Source: Candidatus Hodarchaeota archaeon (GTDB lineage Archaea; Asgardarchaeota; Heimdallarchaeia; Hodarchaeales; Hodarchaeaceae). Taken from it: DNA of 34,189 bases. This document shows, piece by piece, positions 18,796 through 27,963 of the stretch. The DNA lies in contig JAEOTQ010000091.1 of NCBI GenBank assembly GCA_016839785.1, forward strand, positions 1 through 34,189, read 5' to 3'. A program made the translations under genes and the position numbers. Under the pieces are notes generated by a model. That model worked only from the letters and a program-made list of their open reading frames with translations, was not told the origin of the DNA and searched no databases. Each line of letters opens with the position of its first letter. Within the stretch, counting starts at the first letter, position 1.

Positions 18796-19911
18796 ATGAT
18801 TACTGTTTCAGCACCTGGTAAACTTATGCTCTCGGGTGAATGGAGTATACTAGAGAAAAATGTTAGGTGTATTGTTCTTGCAGTTCAACAGAGAGTTTTT
18901 GCCGCAATTCGACCTGAAGAGAGAATATCTATTCATTTGAAAGATTTTAACTTAACCTCAAGATGCCACTACTCTGACGGGGGTCTTTCTTTTAATATCG
19001 AGGATGGAAGACTAATTTTTGCAAAACACGCAATCGAATCTGCTCTAAGATATTTAGAAACGAGAAATATTCCGATACAACCTTTTTACTTGGAGACCTG
19101 GGGAGAAATCAGCATGGTAAAGAATGAGGAAACAGGACAGAAAATGAAGGTAGGGTTCGGGAGTAGTGCAGCTGCTGTTGTGGCAATTATAGCTGCTGTA
19201 TTACAATATCACACTGATTCTAATTTCACACAGCAAGATAAAGAAGTAATTTTCAAACTCAGCATAATTTCCCATTTCTTAGGGCAAGGAAAACTCGGAT
19301 CTGGATTTGATGTTGCCGCATCCACATTTGGTGGAGCTCTTATTTATAGGAAATTTGATCCAGACTGGCTACAACAGAAGATAACAAATGAACCCTTGAG
19401 TAAATTAGTCAATGAAGATTGGCCTCTATTGCAATACATACCAATAAGCTTGCCAGCAGAACTTGTGATGATGGTTGGGTTTACGGGAACGAGTGCTTCT
19501 ACAACAAAACTAGTTCAAGAAATGAAGCTGTATAAACAGAAATATCCTGATGGTTATTTTACTATAATTTCTAGAATTGCCGATGTAACTGAACAATTAA
19601 TAGAAGCCATTAAATCCAAGAATCAGTTATCAATCCTAAAATTACTCGACCAAAATAGAATTTTATTAGAAGAATTAAGTTTTGCCTGTTCGTGTCATTT
19701 GGAAATAGAAGCCCATCAAATCATGAGTCATACAGCTTCAAAATATGGAGCTGTAGCTAAATTTTCAGGTGCAGGAGGCGGAGATTGCAGTGTCGGAGTT
19801 TGTTTTAATGAATTAGATGCCGCCATAATTATCGAAGAATGGACAAAAAATGGGATTATGCCAATTGATATTGAATTTTCAAACGAGGGATTAAAAATAG
19901 AAAAAGAGTAG
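18796..19911 (+). CDS. Phosphomevalonate kinase, GHMP (ERG8/MvaK2) type
   Basis: SAPGKLMLSGEW, KVGFGSSAA, QGKLGSGFDVAASTFGG..Y.KF, GFTGTSAST..LV, KFSGAGGGDC. Confidence 0.88.
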   Translation: MITVSAPGKLMLSGEWSILEKNVRCIVLAVQQRVFAAIRPEERISIHLKDFNLTSRCHYSDGGLSFNIEDGRLIFAKHAIESALRYLETRNIPIQPFYLETWGEISMVKNEETGQKMKVGFGSSAAAVVAIIAAVLQYHTDSNFTQQDKEVIFKLSIISHFLGQGKLGSGFDVAASTFGGALIYRKFDPDWLQQKITNEPLSKLVNEDWPLLQYIPISLPAELVMMVGFTGTSASTTKLVQEMKLYKQKYPDGYFTIISRIADVTEQLIEAIKSKNQLSILKLLDQNRILLEELSFACSCHLEIEAHQIMSHTASKYGAVAKFSGAGGGDCSVGVCFNELDAAIIIEEWTKNGIMPIDIEFSNEGLKIEKE

Positions 19912-19918
19912 AAGAGAT

Positions 19919-20308
19919 CTAAATTATCTCTACTACTCCGTTTGTACCATCAACGTATAATTTCATTCCAGTTTCGATTTTGCTGACATCTATTTGATCA
20001 ACACAAGGAATTTCAGAAATTATCGTGCCTACCGCAACGATCGCTTCACAATCATTAAGAACCAGTGCTTTTGGACCTTTTCCTGTCATAGCCATTTGAT
20101 AAATCACATAAGATCCTACTGTGGATCCTTTACCTGAAGGAAACACAAGAATCTTTTCATTGATACTTATTCCTTCCAATTCATGCCCTTTTTCGACAAC
20201 AACACCAGTTTCTGGATCGACACCGCCATAAAACGAAATACTGTCTTTTGTAACTAAAGCCTCGCCTGTAGCTTCTCCTTTATAGATTTTTCGACCTGTT
20301 AATTTCAT
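19919..20308 (-). CDS. Phosphomevalonate dehydratase small subunit (AcnX swiveling domain, DUF126)
   Basis: GEALVT...ISFYGGVDPETG, HELEG, GKGSTVGSYV; coupled to the large subunit. Confidence 0.93.
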   Translation of the reverse strand: MKLTGRKIYKGEATGEALVTKDSISFYGGVDPETGVVVEKGHELEGISINEKILVFPSGKGSTVGSYVIYQMAMTGKGPKALVLNDCEAIVAVGTIISEIPCVDQIDVSKIETGMKLYVDGTNGVVEII

Positions 20309-21489
20309 TATGATAAAGCCTCCTCAAGACATTCATCCATTGACATTAATTTCACTGCAAACTTGTTCCGTCCTGATCCATAGTAACACATCTTTGCAGA
20401 ATCAGAGGCCAAGCCATGAAAACGCCCTTTGATCGGGGCCACTACACAGCAGGTATCCGCTGCAATTTTTGCACCAGAATCTTCAATCAGCTTCGTGAAT
20501 CCCATTCGATCAGCGATTTGTTTGGTTGGTCGAGCAGTGGTGATCCAGACTTCCTTCTTGGGGTTAATTGATTTTCCTTCTAACTTCTTGGCGATATACT
20601 CTAATTCCTTGAGGGAGGCATGAGGACAACCTAAACTAATGAAATCAATTTCGGTCTCATCGTCTAAATCTCCAAGAGCTTTCTTCATATCTTCCTCGGT
20701 AACAGTCTCTACTGTGTCAGGAACTTTGTTAACTCGATTTGGAGTAATATCTTTCATGTGAAATAACGCAACACCACCGTAAGTGGCATATGAGGCACAA
20801 AAGGATTTCAGCTCTTCTACTGAAGCCTTGGGGATCCCAGTAATATAAGTAATTTTTTTACCAAATCGATCTCCAAGTACTTTACCTAAGGCCCCGAATC
20901 GATAGGTATCCTTCACCTCGCATTTGACTTCGACAGTGAGTTCTGGTTGTCGATTTTCCTCAAGGTGAAATCCGTATTCAGGAGTCTTTCCAACAAGAGC
21001 GGCACTTAATGCACTTGGTCCTCCTTCACGATTGGTTTTGGCACCTAACACCGAATTGGCATAACAAACAGCAGAGCTCTCACTCCAGGAAATATGCTGG
21101 CCGTATGCAGGAAGATTGCCATATAGATAGGGAGTACAAGAACATGTCGTTATCACGCCCAACCTCCCAAAAGCCTCTATTACTCGTTGTTGATTTTCTG
21201 CGAACTCTTCACTAATAGCTAATTTACGCCATTCTTCTAAATCCATTCCTGCTGGATTTAAGGTCGTGAAAACCCGAACCTTTCCATCTTGTGCCATATT
21301 TTCAAGCCAAGATAGACCTGGTTCGTTCAAATTTGCATAACTCACACCAGCAATTTGTACAGAGGTAATATCAATTAATTTCTCGGCTCCGTAAATTTCT
21401 CCAAGAGTGATGAGAATATCCATAGCAGTTTGCGTTGCTTTACCGTATTTCCCTGCCGCCATATCTTGTTCTTCACGTGTTAATTCCAT
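20308..21489 (-). CDS. Phosphomevalonate dehydratase large subunit (AcnX, DUF521)
   Basis: AGVSY.NL, TTLNPAG, TCSCTPY, WSESSA...ANSVLGAKTNREGGPSAL, LGCPHAS, DTCCVVAP, SDSAK. Confidence 0.94.
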   Translation of the reverse strand: MELTREEQDMAAGKYGKATQTAMDILITLGEIYGAEKLIDITSVQIAGVSYANLNEPGLSWLENMAQDGKVRVFTTLNPAGMDLEEWRKLAISEEFAENQQRVIEAFGRLGVITTCSCTPYLYGNLPAYGQHISWSESSAVCYANSVLGAKTNREGGPSALSAALVGKTPEYGFHLEENRQPELTVEVKCEVKDTYRFGALGKVLGDRFGKKITYITGIPKASVEELKSFCASYATYGGVALFHMKDITPNRVNKVPDTVETVTEEDMKKALGDLDDETEIDFISLGCPHASLKELEYIAKKLEGKSINPKKEVWITTARPTKQIADRMGFTKLIEDSGAKIAADTCCVVAPIKGRFHGLASDSAKMCYYGSGRNKFAVKLMSMDECLEEALS

Positions 21490-21501
21490 ACCTAAACCTC
21501 T

Positions 21502-22812
21502 TTATTCATCTAAGTAGTCTTTTAAATCCACTTTAGGGAATTCTGCTCGTGCAAAGCTTTTACCTTTAGTTTTAAGGGGAGCAGTTAAGTCAAACCCAAT
21601 TTTATTTGTAAGTTTCGTTCCGGGTTCGGCACTGGGATCTAAGCTTGATCCAGGTTCTTTTCCAATATCGACTAAATCTCTCTCAGCTTGAAAACGAGTC
21701 GCCATTGACCATTCTACATCGAGAGGGTCATAAATATTGATGTCTTTGTCAACAACAAAGACGTGCTTGCAGCTTCGATGTCCTTGAAAAGCTGCATGGA
21801 TTGCTGTTTTGCCATCCTCTTCTTGTTTCTTATCAATTTTAACAATTGCATGCAACCAGGAAGAGCCACCAGGATTTACATTTACATCAATACAGGTTAC
21901 TCCTGCTTCGTTCACAGTTTTGAAAATCGTGGGTTCACGTGGCATTCCCATCAAGACTTTATGTTCTAATGCCCCAGGAATCAATGCTTGCCATATTGGA
22001 TTCTTCCTATGGGTAATATTTTTTACTTCAAACACAGGTTCGTCCCGAATAACATCGTAAGTTTCAGTTAAATCAATGAATGGTCCTTCATCTGATCGGT
22101 CTTTCATAAATACCCGCCCTTCAAGTACTACTTCGCAACCCGCAGGTATTAGAACATCAACAGATTTTGCTTTCACCACTTGAGTCGGAGCTAAGGCATT
22201 TGCAATTTCTAGTTCATTTATTCCAGTTTTTACTGAAGTTGCTGCTGCCACTAGAACATTAGGTGTATTTCCCACACAATAAACTGCATCTACTTCTCCA
22301 GTTCTTTCTAGAAATTTATAGAAATCTCTTCCCTTAATGATTCTCGTACTCATTCGGTTTTTTGAAAACTGCATGGCCCGATGAAAATCTAAGTTCTGCC
22401 CATATTCGGGATCTTTAGTCACAACAACTGCAGATGAAATATAACGGCCTCCATCTCTCTCATTATGTTTTAAGATAGGTAACTTGTCTAAATCCACTTG
22501 TTCCATGACTACTTCTTGACATGGAGCACTTGTAACCTCTTCAGGTGGACTCCTGTTATCTATGGCTTCCGTTAATTTTGGTATGAGTTGATCGGTAGAG
22601 ATTCCAAAATAATCTGCGATACTTATTTTCGTACTAAAGATATTTCCTGCAACACGAAAGTCTGGATACCCCTTTACATTTTCAAATAAAATAGGGGTTG
22701 GTTCAGCTGTTTTCAACACAGCAGCTGCCTCGATATCTATATCAACATTCTTTTTAATTTTAGTAATTCCATTCTTCTTTTCTAATTGAGTTACATACTC
22801 TCGAAAATCCAT
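21502..22812 (-). CDS. ubiD: UbiD-family decarboxylase, likely trans-anhydromevalonate-5-phosphate decarboxylase
   Basis: DGGRYIS, NLDFHR, EGPFIDLTETYD, VVDKDINIYD..DVEWSMATRFQ, GSSLDPS; lies between mvk and acnX. Confidence 0.9.
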   Translation of the reverse strand: MDFREYVTQLEKKNGITKIKKNVDIDIEAAAVLKTAEPTPILFENVKGYPDFRVAGNIFSTKISIADYFGISTDQLIPKLTEAIDNRSPPEEVTSAPCQEVVMEQVDLDKLPILKHNERDGGRYISSAVVVTKDPEYGQNLDFHRAMQFSKNRMSTRIIKGRDFYKFLERTGEVDAVYCVGNTPNVLVAAATSVKTGINELEIANALAPTQVVKAKSVDVLIPAGCEVVLEGRVFMKDRSDEGPFIDLTETYDVIRDEPVFEVKNITHRKNPIWQALIPGALEHKVLMGMPREPTIFKTVNEAGVTCIDVNVNPGGSSWLHAIVKIDKKQEEDGKTAIHAAFQGHRSCKHVFVVDKDINIYDPLDVEWSMATRFQAERDLVDIGKEPGSSLDPSAEPGTKLTNKIGFDLTAPLKTKGKSFARAEFPKVDLKDYLDE

Positions 22813-22845
22813 TTTCCATTACACCTTCGTTATTGGATACTAAAT

Positions 22846-23784
22846 TTAAACTCCAATTTTTGTTTTCCAAGCTGCAAATCCTGCATCCTTCAATGCATTG
22901 TAAACTTTATCTTGAAGATCTGCTCCTGGAGTTAATGCATTAATATTTCCTCCGCGTCCTGTACCTGTAACTTTAGCGCCCAATGCGCCTGCATCGGTAG
23001 CAATTTTTACCATCTTATCCAATTTTTCATTAGAAACAGTAATTTTTTGTAATAACTCATGATTTTTATTCATGAGCTTGCCTACCTTCTCTAAATCCAT
23101 CATCTCGAGTGCGTGACGTCCATCCTTAACTACTGATTTGTACTCTTTGACTATCTCCTCAAACCACTTGGGATTCTCTTCTTTCTTTTCACGCACATCA
23201 GCAACAACGACACTCGTATTCGCAGTCATTCCTGAACTGGCTATCACCATGTCAACAGGCTTGGAAAGTTTGATGGTTTCCATCGTATTCGGACCCCCGT
23301 GTAGGTTTTTCACAAAATAGACTAATCCTCCAAATGTTGAAGCTGTGTTATCAATCCCACTTGGAGTTCCATGATACCCTTTTTCTCCTTCGTAAGCCGA
23401 TTCATTTATCCGAGTGTCATCCCATCCCATTTGGAATTCGTCACTGATTGCCCTCGCTAATGCTACACAACTCGCTGCAGATGCTCCCACACCACTGGCA
23501 CAAGTTAAATTTCCACCTAGAGTGATTTTTAATTTTTCTTTATCGAGATCTACGCCCATAAAGGTTAAAACATTTTTTATCGAAATTTTCTGCTCGTCAA
23601 ATTTCTTTTTTTTATACCCTGGCACTTCAGGCCGATTATCACTCAGTTCATATCCCTTACCCTCTTCAATTTCAACGATTGCTTCTGTGAAATCTCCAAT
23701 TGCAGAAGCCATGGCAGGCAAACCATAAACTACAAAATGTTCGCCGAAAAGTATCGTTTTACCAAATCCAGAACCTTTTCCCAT
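22846..23784 (-). CDS. mvk: Mevalonate kinase
   Basis: GKTILFGEHFVVYG, ASGVGASAA, YHGTPSGIDN, GALGAKVTGTGRGG. ATG 23784 with GGTGG upstream. Confidence 0.95.
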   Translation of the reverse strand: MGKGSGFGKTILFGEHFVVYGLPAMASAIGDFTEAIVEIEEGKGYELSDNRPEVPGYKKKKFDEQKISIKNVLTFMGVDLDKEKLKITLGGNLTCASGVGASAASCVALARAISDEFQMGWDDTRINESAYEGEKGYHGTPSGIDNTASTFGGLVYFVKNLHGGPNTMETIKLSKPVDMVIASSGMTANTSVVVADVREKKEENPKWFEEIVKEYKSVVKDGRHALEMMDLEKVGKLMNKNHELLQKITVSNEKLDKMVKIATDAGALGAKVTGTGRGGNINALTPGADLQDKVYNALKDAGFAAWKTKIGV

Positions 23785-23946
23785 TTTTATTTTCCACCTA
23801 AATCTTATCTTAGCCAAATTTCCTTGTTATTGGATGAATTAATTGATCTTTATCGATATTTTCAGATGAAAGTTTTTCCTCACTTGTCTTTTTTTGTCTA
23901 GCTAACTGAGAAAAGTTGAAAAAAAAAAGGATATCTGCGTATAAGT

Positions 23947-25167
23947 ATGAGAACTCTGTTAGATTTCGATTTAAATGCCAAAGTTTGCTTGACTCGTGTC
24001 GATTTCAATTGTCCGCTTGATGATGATAAAAAAATACAAGATTTCACCCGAATTAAAGCACACGCTGAAACTATTAAAGCTATTTCGGATAAGCTTGGAA
24101 AAACTGTCATAATTGCCCACCAGGGGAGGCCAGGAAGCTCAGATTTTAGTAGTTTGGCACAACATTCAGAGAAACTACAGTTAGTTTTATCCGAAAAGTA
24201 CAAAGTTGACTTTATTGACCAGACGCATGGAGTAGAGGTAGAACAGAGGATATCTAGAATGGATCCTGGTGATATCCTTGTTCTTGAAAATGTACGACAA
24301 GTAGAGGGGGAAACACAAAGCAAATCACCTCAAGAACATGCTGAAAATGTGTATATCAAGAGTTTATTGAAAGTTGGGGATATTTTCATTAATGATGCCT
24401 TCTCAGCTGCTCATCGCTCACATATGAGTCTAATTGGTTTTACAGGATTATTACCCTCGGCTGCTGGCCTCATAATGGAAAGAGAAGTCTCCAATCTCCA
24501 ACGTGTTGTAGATAATCCTCAAAAACCGTGTGTATTCATATTAGGAGGAGTGAAACCTGAAGATTCATTCAAAGTTGCTGACCATGTATTAAAAAATGAT
24601 ATTGCAGATGCGGTCTTAACAGGAGGAGTGATATCTGAAATATTGTTGATTGCAATGGGAAAAGCGTTAGGGACACCAACCATGGATTTTCTAAAAAATA
24701 AAGACCTACTAAAGTTTGTTGATCCAGCAAAAAAGCTTCTCTCTGAATTTTCAGATAAAATTGAAATACAACAAGATTTTGCCGTTGATGAGAACGGACG
24801 TACTAACTATAATATGGATGATCTTCCTCTCGATGCTTCTATCTTAGACATTGGTGAAAAAACTATTCAGTATTATGCAGAGATAATTCAAAATTCTTCA
24901 ACCTCTGTTTTTAATGGCCCCATGGGTAAATTTGAGGATCCAAAATTCGCAAAGGGGACTTTAGAAGTGTTTAAAGCCATGAGTAACTCGAATGGATTTT
25001 CTCTTGCGGGGGGTGGACATAGTATTTCCATTTTGGAGAAGAATAAAATTTCACTCTCGTACATGAGTACCGCTGGAGGAGCAATGATCCGTTTTCTTAT
25101 GGGAAAGACGCTTCCTGCCATAGATGCTCTTCACACAAACGAAAAACAGTTTTCAATCGAAACCTAG
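23947..25167 (+). CDS. pgk: Phosphoglycerate kinase
   Basis: RVDFNCP, AHQGRPG, LENVR, FINDAFSAAHRSH, NGPMGKFE, GGGH, STAGGA. Confidence 0.97.
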   Translation: MRTLLDFDLNAKVCLTRVDFNCPLDDDKKIQDFTRIKAHAETIKAISDKLGKTVIIAHQGRPGSSDFSSLAQHSEKLQLVLSEKYKVDFIDQTHGVEVEQRISRMDPGDILVLENVRQVEGETQSKSPQEHAENVYIKSLLKVGDIFINDAFSAAHRSHMSLIGFTGLLPSAAGLIMEREVSNLQRVVDNPQKPCVFILGGVKPEDSFKVADHVLKNDIADAVLTGGVISEILLIAMGKALGTPTMDFLKNKDLLKFVDPAKKLLSEFSDKIEIQQDFAVDENGRTNYNMDDLPLDASILDIGEKTIQYYAEIIQNSSTSVFNGPMGKFEDPKFAKGTLEVFKAMSNSNGFSLAGGGHSISILEKNKISLSYMSTAGGAMIRFLMGKTLPAIDALHTNEKQFSIET

Positions 25168-25377
25168 TTCGAGTGATACTTAACACTTCCTATTTTATCC
25201 AGAATAGTTATTGAATGACGAATCATATGCAGATTCCTTAATGTTGGTCAGTTACTTCTAAAATCATGAAGTACTACAGATTCTGTGGTCAGAAGTGAAA
25301 AATTTTCATTATATCGGAAGAGATAAAAAAAGAGAATAGTATAAATATCCTAAATTCAGTAAAAAGTTGAGTTTAGT

Positions 25378-25899
25378 ATGGTTAAGTCTGAAGAAGTTGA
25401 ACAAATTCAAAATGATTTAGAATTAGTAACTAAAACCGCTAAAGTATTAGCTACTAAGTTAGAAAAGATATCTCAGCGAATAGATGAGATTATGACTTCT
25501 TTGAAGACGGCAGACGGAGGTTCGAGACCAACTGCCCAAACAACGGTTTCTAAAGCGGCACCTATAGCGAAAAAACCTGTCCAAGCCACTCCAGCTGTAC
25601 AACCAGTCCCTCAAAGACCGAAAAGGACAGAGTCATTTGATAGTACAAGTACTAAAGCGGGAAGGTTTCTAGACGCGTTTTTAGGTCAACTTCAGGAGCT
25701 TAAAAGAGGGAGAGAAATTTCGGAAGTATTATCTCGGCTTAGAGATCAAGTCATGCAATCTGCCGAAGTAGGTTTTCATCCAGCATTTCATGAAATGGGA
25801 AGAGAAGCAAGTCGATTAAAAAATATGAGTATTATAACCGAGGAAGAGAGAGAAGCGTTAATTGAAAAGGTCTATGATTGGAAAGATCGTATCGGGTAA
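25378..25899 (+). CDS. Hypothetical protein: coiled coil, P/A/T/Q-rich linker, helical C-terminal domain
   Basis: 173-aa ATG ORF filling the gap; no family recognised. Confidence 0.75.
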   Translation: MVKSEEVEQIQNDLELVTKTAKVLATKLEKISQRIDEIMTSLKTADGGSRPTAQTTVSKAAPIAKKPVQATPAVQPVPQRPKRTESFDSTSTKAGRFLDAFLGQLQELKRGREISEVLSRLRDQVMQSAEVGFHPAFHEMGREASRLKNMSIITEEEREALIEKVYDWKDRIG

Positions 25900-25928
25900 C
25901 TTCATTTCAAATTTGTAAGTTTATTTCT

Positions 25929-26456
25929 TCACCCTGATCTTACATGACTCCCACATTTATTGCAGAAAAAGGCATTCCCTGGGAGGGTAGATCCACAGGA
26001 TGAACATTTACGTTTATTATCCATATAAGAAGGGGCGGATGAAAACACAGGTTCCTTCTCGTTTTCATTTTTTACTGAAAACGGACTGGAGCTAAATGGT
26101 GAAAAAGCAGGGGGCGAAGAGTCTTCAAGAGATGAATCAAAAAAGGAAGGTTCAGGACTAGGAGGTGTAGAAACTCTGTCCTCTGCGAAATCCACTCGAC
26201 TTGCTAGGCTATCTATTTTATCAGAAATTTGAGACATGAGGGGGAGAAAAGGACATGTAGCTCCCTGGCCAGTATCCATTGAAGGTGAAATAGAAGAAGA
26301 TTCGGGGCTGATAAGCTTAAATCCGATCCGTAATCCCTCCGTTTTTTCATTGATGGCTATACCTTGCTCAAGTAGTCCTCGGATTACTTCTTTTGCCGAA
26401 TAAGATCGGCCGCGAATTAGAATCCTTCCGGAGACTTGATCAAGGGGTTGATTCAT
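25929..26456 (-). CDS. Hypothetical protein with S/P/F-rich linker and C-terminal zinc ribbon
   Basis: C-terminal CSSCG...NAFFCNKCG; low-complexity middle. Confidence 0.75.
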   Translation of the reverse strand: MNQPLDQVSGRILIRGRSYSAKEVIRGLLEQGIAINEKTEGLRIGFKLISPESSSISPSMDTGQGATCPFLPLMSQISDKIDSLASRVDFAEDRVSTPPSPEPSFFDSSLEDSSPPAFSPFSSSPFSVKNENEKEPVFSSAPSYMDNKRKCSSCGSTLPGNAFFCNKCGSHVRSG

Positions 26457-26837
26457 ACCTTTGAGTCCTCATTACAAAATATCCTAGCTGAGATAATAAG
26501 AAAAAATATCACGCGCGTATTATTGAATATATATGATTGGCTAGGAATTATTCATTACTCACTACTTTTTTTTTTAATGGTGTAATTAATCCTTAGACTA
26601 AAGAATCTAAAAGAAATTTTAAAAGAACAATTAAACACTAATGTATTTAATTATACTTTAATCCCTCGCAAGATAATCGCTTAACAACACTACTCCTGAC
26701 AATAACGCAATGTTTTTAATTTCAAATTACGAATTCCTTGAGAACAACATTTTTGAAAATGAATAATTTTTAAAAGGATTAGCTGAAAAGACTAGAAGTG
26801 ACAAAAAGAAGCATATTTCTAACGTTGAGGTGAAAAA

Positions 26838-27080
26838 ATGCCTGCTGCTTTTGTATTAGTTAATGCCGAAATTGGATCAGAAGATGATGTATTAGATGAG
26901 TTAAAAAGTACCAAGGGTGTTGTTGGTGCTTGGATAGTTTACGGTGTTTACGACATCGTTGCTAAAATTGAAGCAGATTCTATGGAAAAACTCAAGGAAG
27001 TTATTACTACAAATATTCGTGGCCTTGAGAATGTTCGTTCAACCTTAACAATGATTGTTGTTGAAACGGCAAATCAATAG
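26838..27080 (+). CDS. Stand-alone Lrp/AsnC ligand-binding (RAM) domain protein
   Basis: AFVLVN, VYGVYDIVAKIEA, IR.LENVRSTLTMIV; 80 aa without HTH; GAGGTGA RBS. Confidence 0.92.
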   Translation: MPAAFVLVNAEIGSEDDVLDELKSTKGVVGAWIVYGVYDIVAKIEADSMEKLKEVITTNIRGLENVRSTLTMIVVETANQ

Positions 27081-27100
27081 CAAAAAGATCGGTAATAGAT

Positions 27101-27140
27101 GACTGAATAGACTTTTCATATTAAACCCGTCTGTTTAGTC
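27101..27140 (+). terminator. 12-bp stem-loop followed by T-rich tracts after the Lrp gene
   Basis: GACTGAATAGAC/GTCTGTTTAGTC with two G-U pairs; TCTTTTCTCTTTTTC at 27152-27166. Confidence 0.45.
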
Positions 27141-27264
27141 TCATTTGTCAATCTTTTCTCTTTTTCTATAGGAAAAGACATAACTCTTAATTTGTTTTTC
27201 TCACGAATCAAAAACATTATTAGTTAATTCAACTTAAATCAAATTAGCTAAGTTAGGTGAATTT

Positions 27265-27963
27265 ATGAAACAGATTCTGACCGATGTTTATTGGCTTCTA
27301 GGCCAAGGTTTTGACTGCAATGTATTCATTATTGATTCAAGGCAAGAATCAATTATGATAGATACAGGTGCCGGTAGTGTTCTTAATCAAAGATTTAGCA
27401 CCGCCTCATCAAATATTGAAACTCTTAAACGGGCGATAGATACCAAAAGAATTAAACACATCTTTCTCACACATGGTCATATTGATCATATTGGAGGAAT
27501 TTTATCTCTCCAATCTGAAGTAGATTGCATGATATCGGCATCATCTGAAGAAGCTTTACAGTTATCTTCTGGTAACAGTCCCTATCTTGATCCAATCATG
27601 AATTCAACCTGCTCTCCGCTTAAAATTACCAAAAAATATGATGAAGGAGACACAATCGCGGTGGGAGATTACAATTTCCAAGTATTTGAAACTCCAGGAC
27701 ATACCAAAGGATCTTTATCTCTTTATGAACCTGAAAAGAAAATACTCATTAGTGGTGATACTGTCTTCCCTCAAGGATCCTTTGGAAGAACGGATCTTCC
27801 CTCTGGTTCCAGTTCAGAGCTTTTAAAATCATTAGAACGTTTATCAAATCTTGAAATCCATGTCCTACTCCCAGGCCATATGCCACCAGTTATTTCACAA
27901 TCACCCCTTAATTCTGTCAAAGATTCATTTAGAAACGCGCAAATGATGCTTTCCTATTATTGA
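27265..27963 (+). CDS. Metallo-beta-lactamase fold hydrolase (glyoxalase II-like)
   Basis: IDTG, THGHIDHIGG, TPGHT, ISGDTVF, GRTDLP, PGH. Confidence 0.93.
   Translation: MKQILTDVYWLLGQGFDCNVFIIDSRQESIMIDTGAGSVLNQRFSTASSNIETLKRAIDTKRIKHIFLTHGHIDHIGGILSLQSEVDCMISASSEEALQLSSGNSPYLDPIMNSTCSPLKITKKYDEGDTIAVGDYNFQVFETPGHTKGSLSLYEPEKKILISGDTVFPQGSFGRTDLPSGSSSELLKSLERLSNLEIHVLLPGHMPPVISQSPLNSVKDSFRNAQMMLSYY

Noticed and set aside
19919-22812. UbiD/AcnX as quinone, aromatic-acid or hydroxyproline enzymes
   Set aside because: Tight co-orientation with mvk and proximity to fni favour the archaeal mevalonate role.
27099-27144. SECIS-like hairpin starting with ATGA
   Set aside because: No GA on the 3' arm for the tandem G-A core, and no in-frame TGA selenoprotein candidate nearby.
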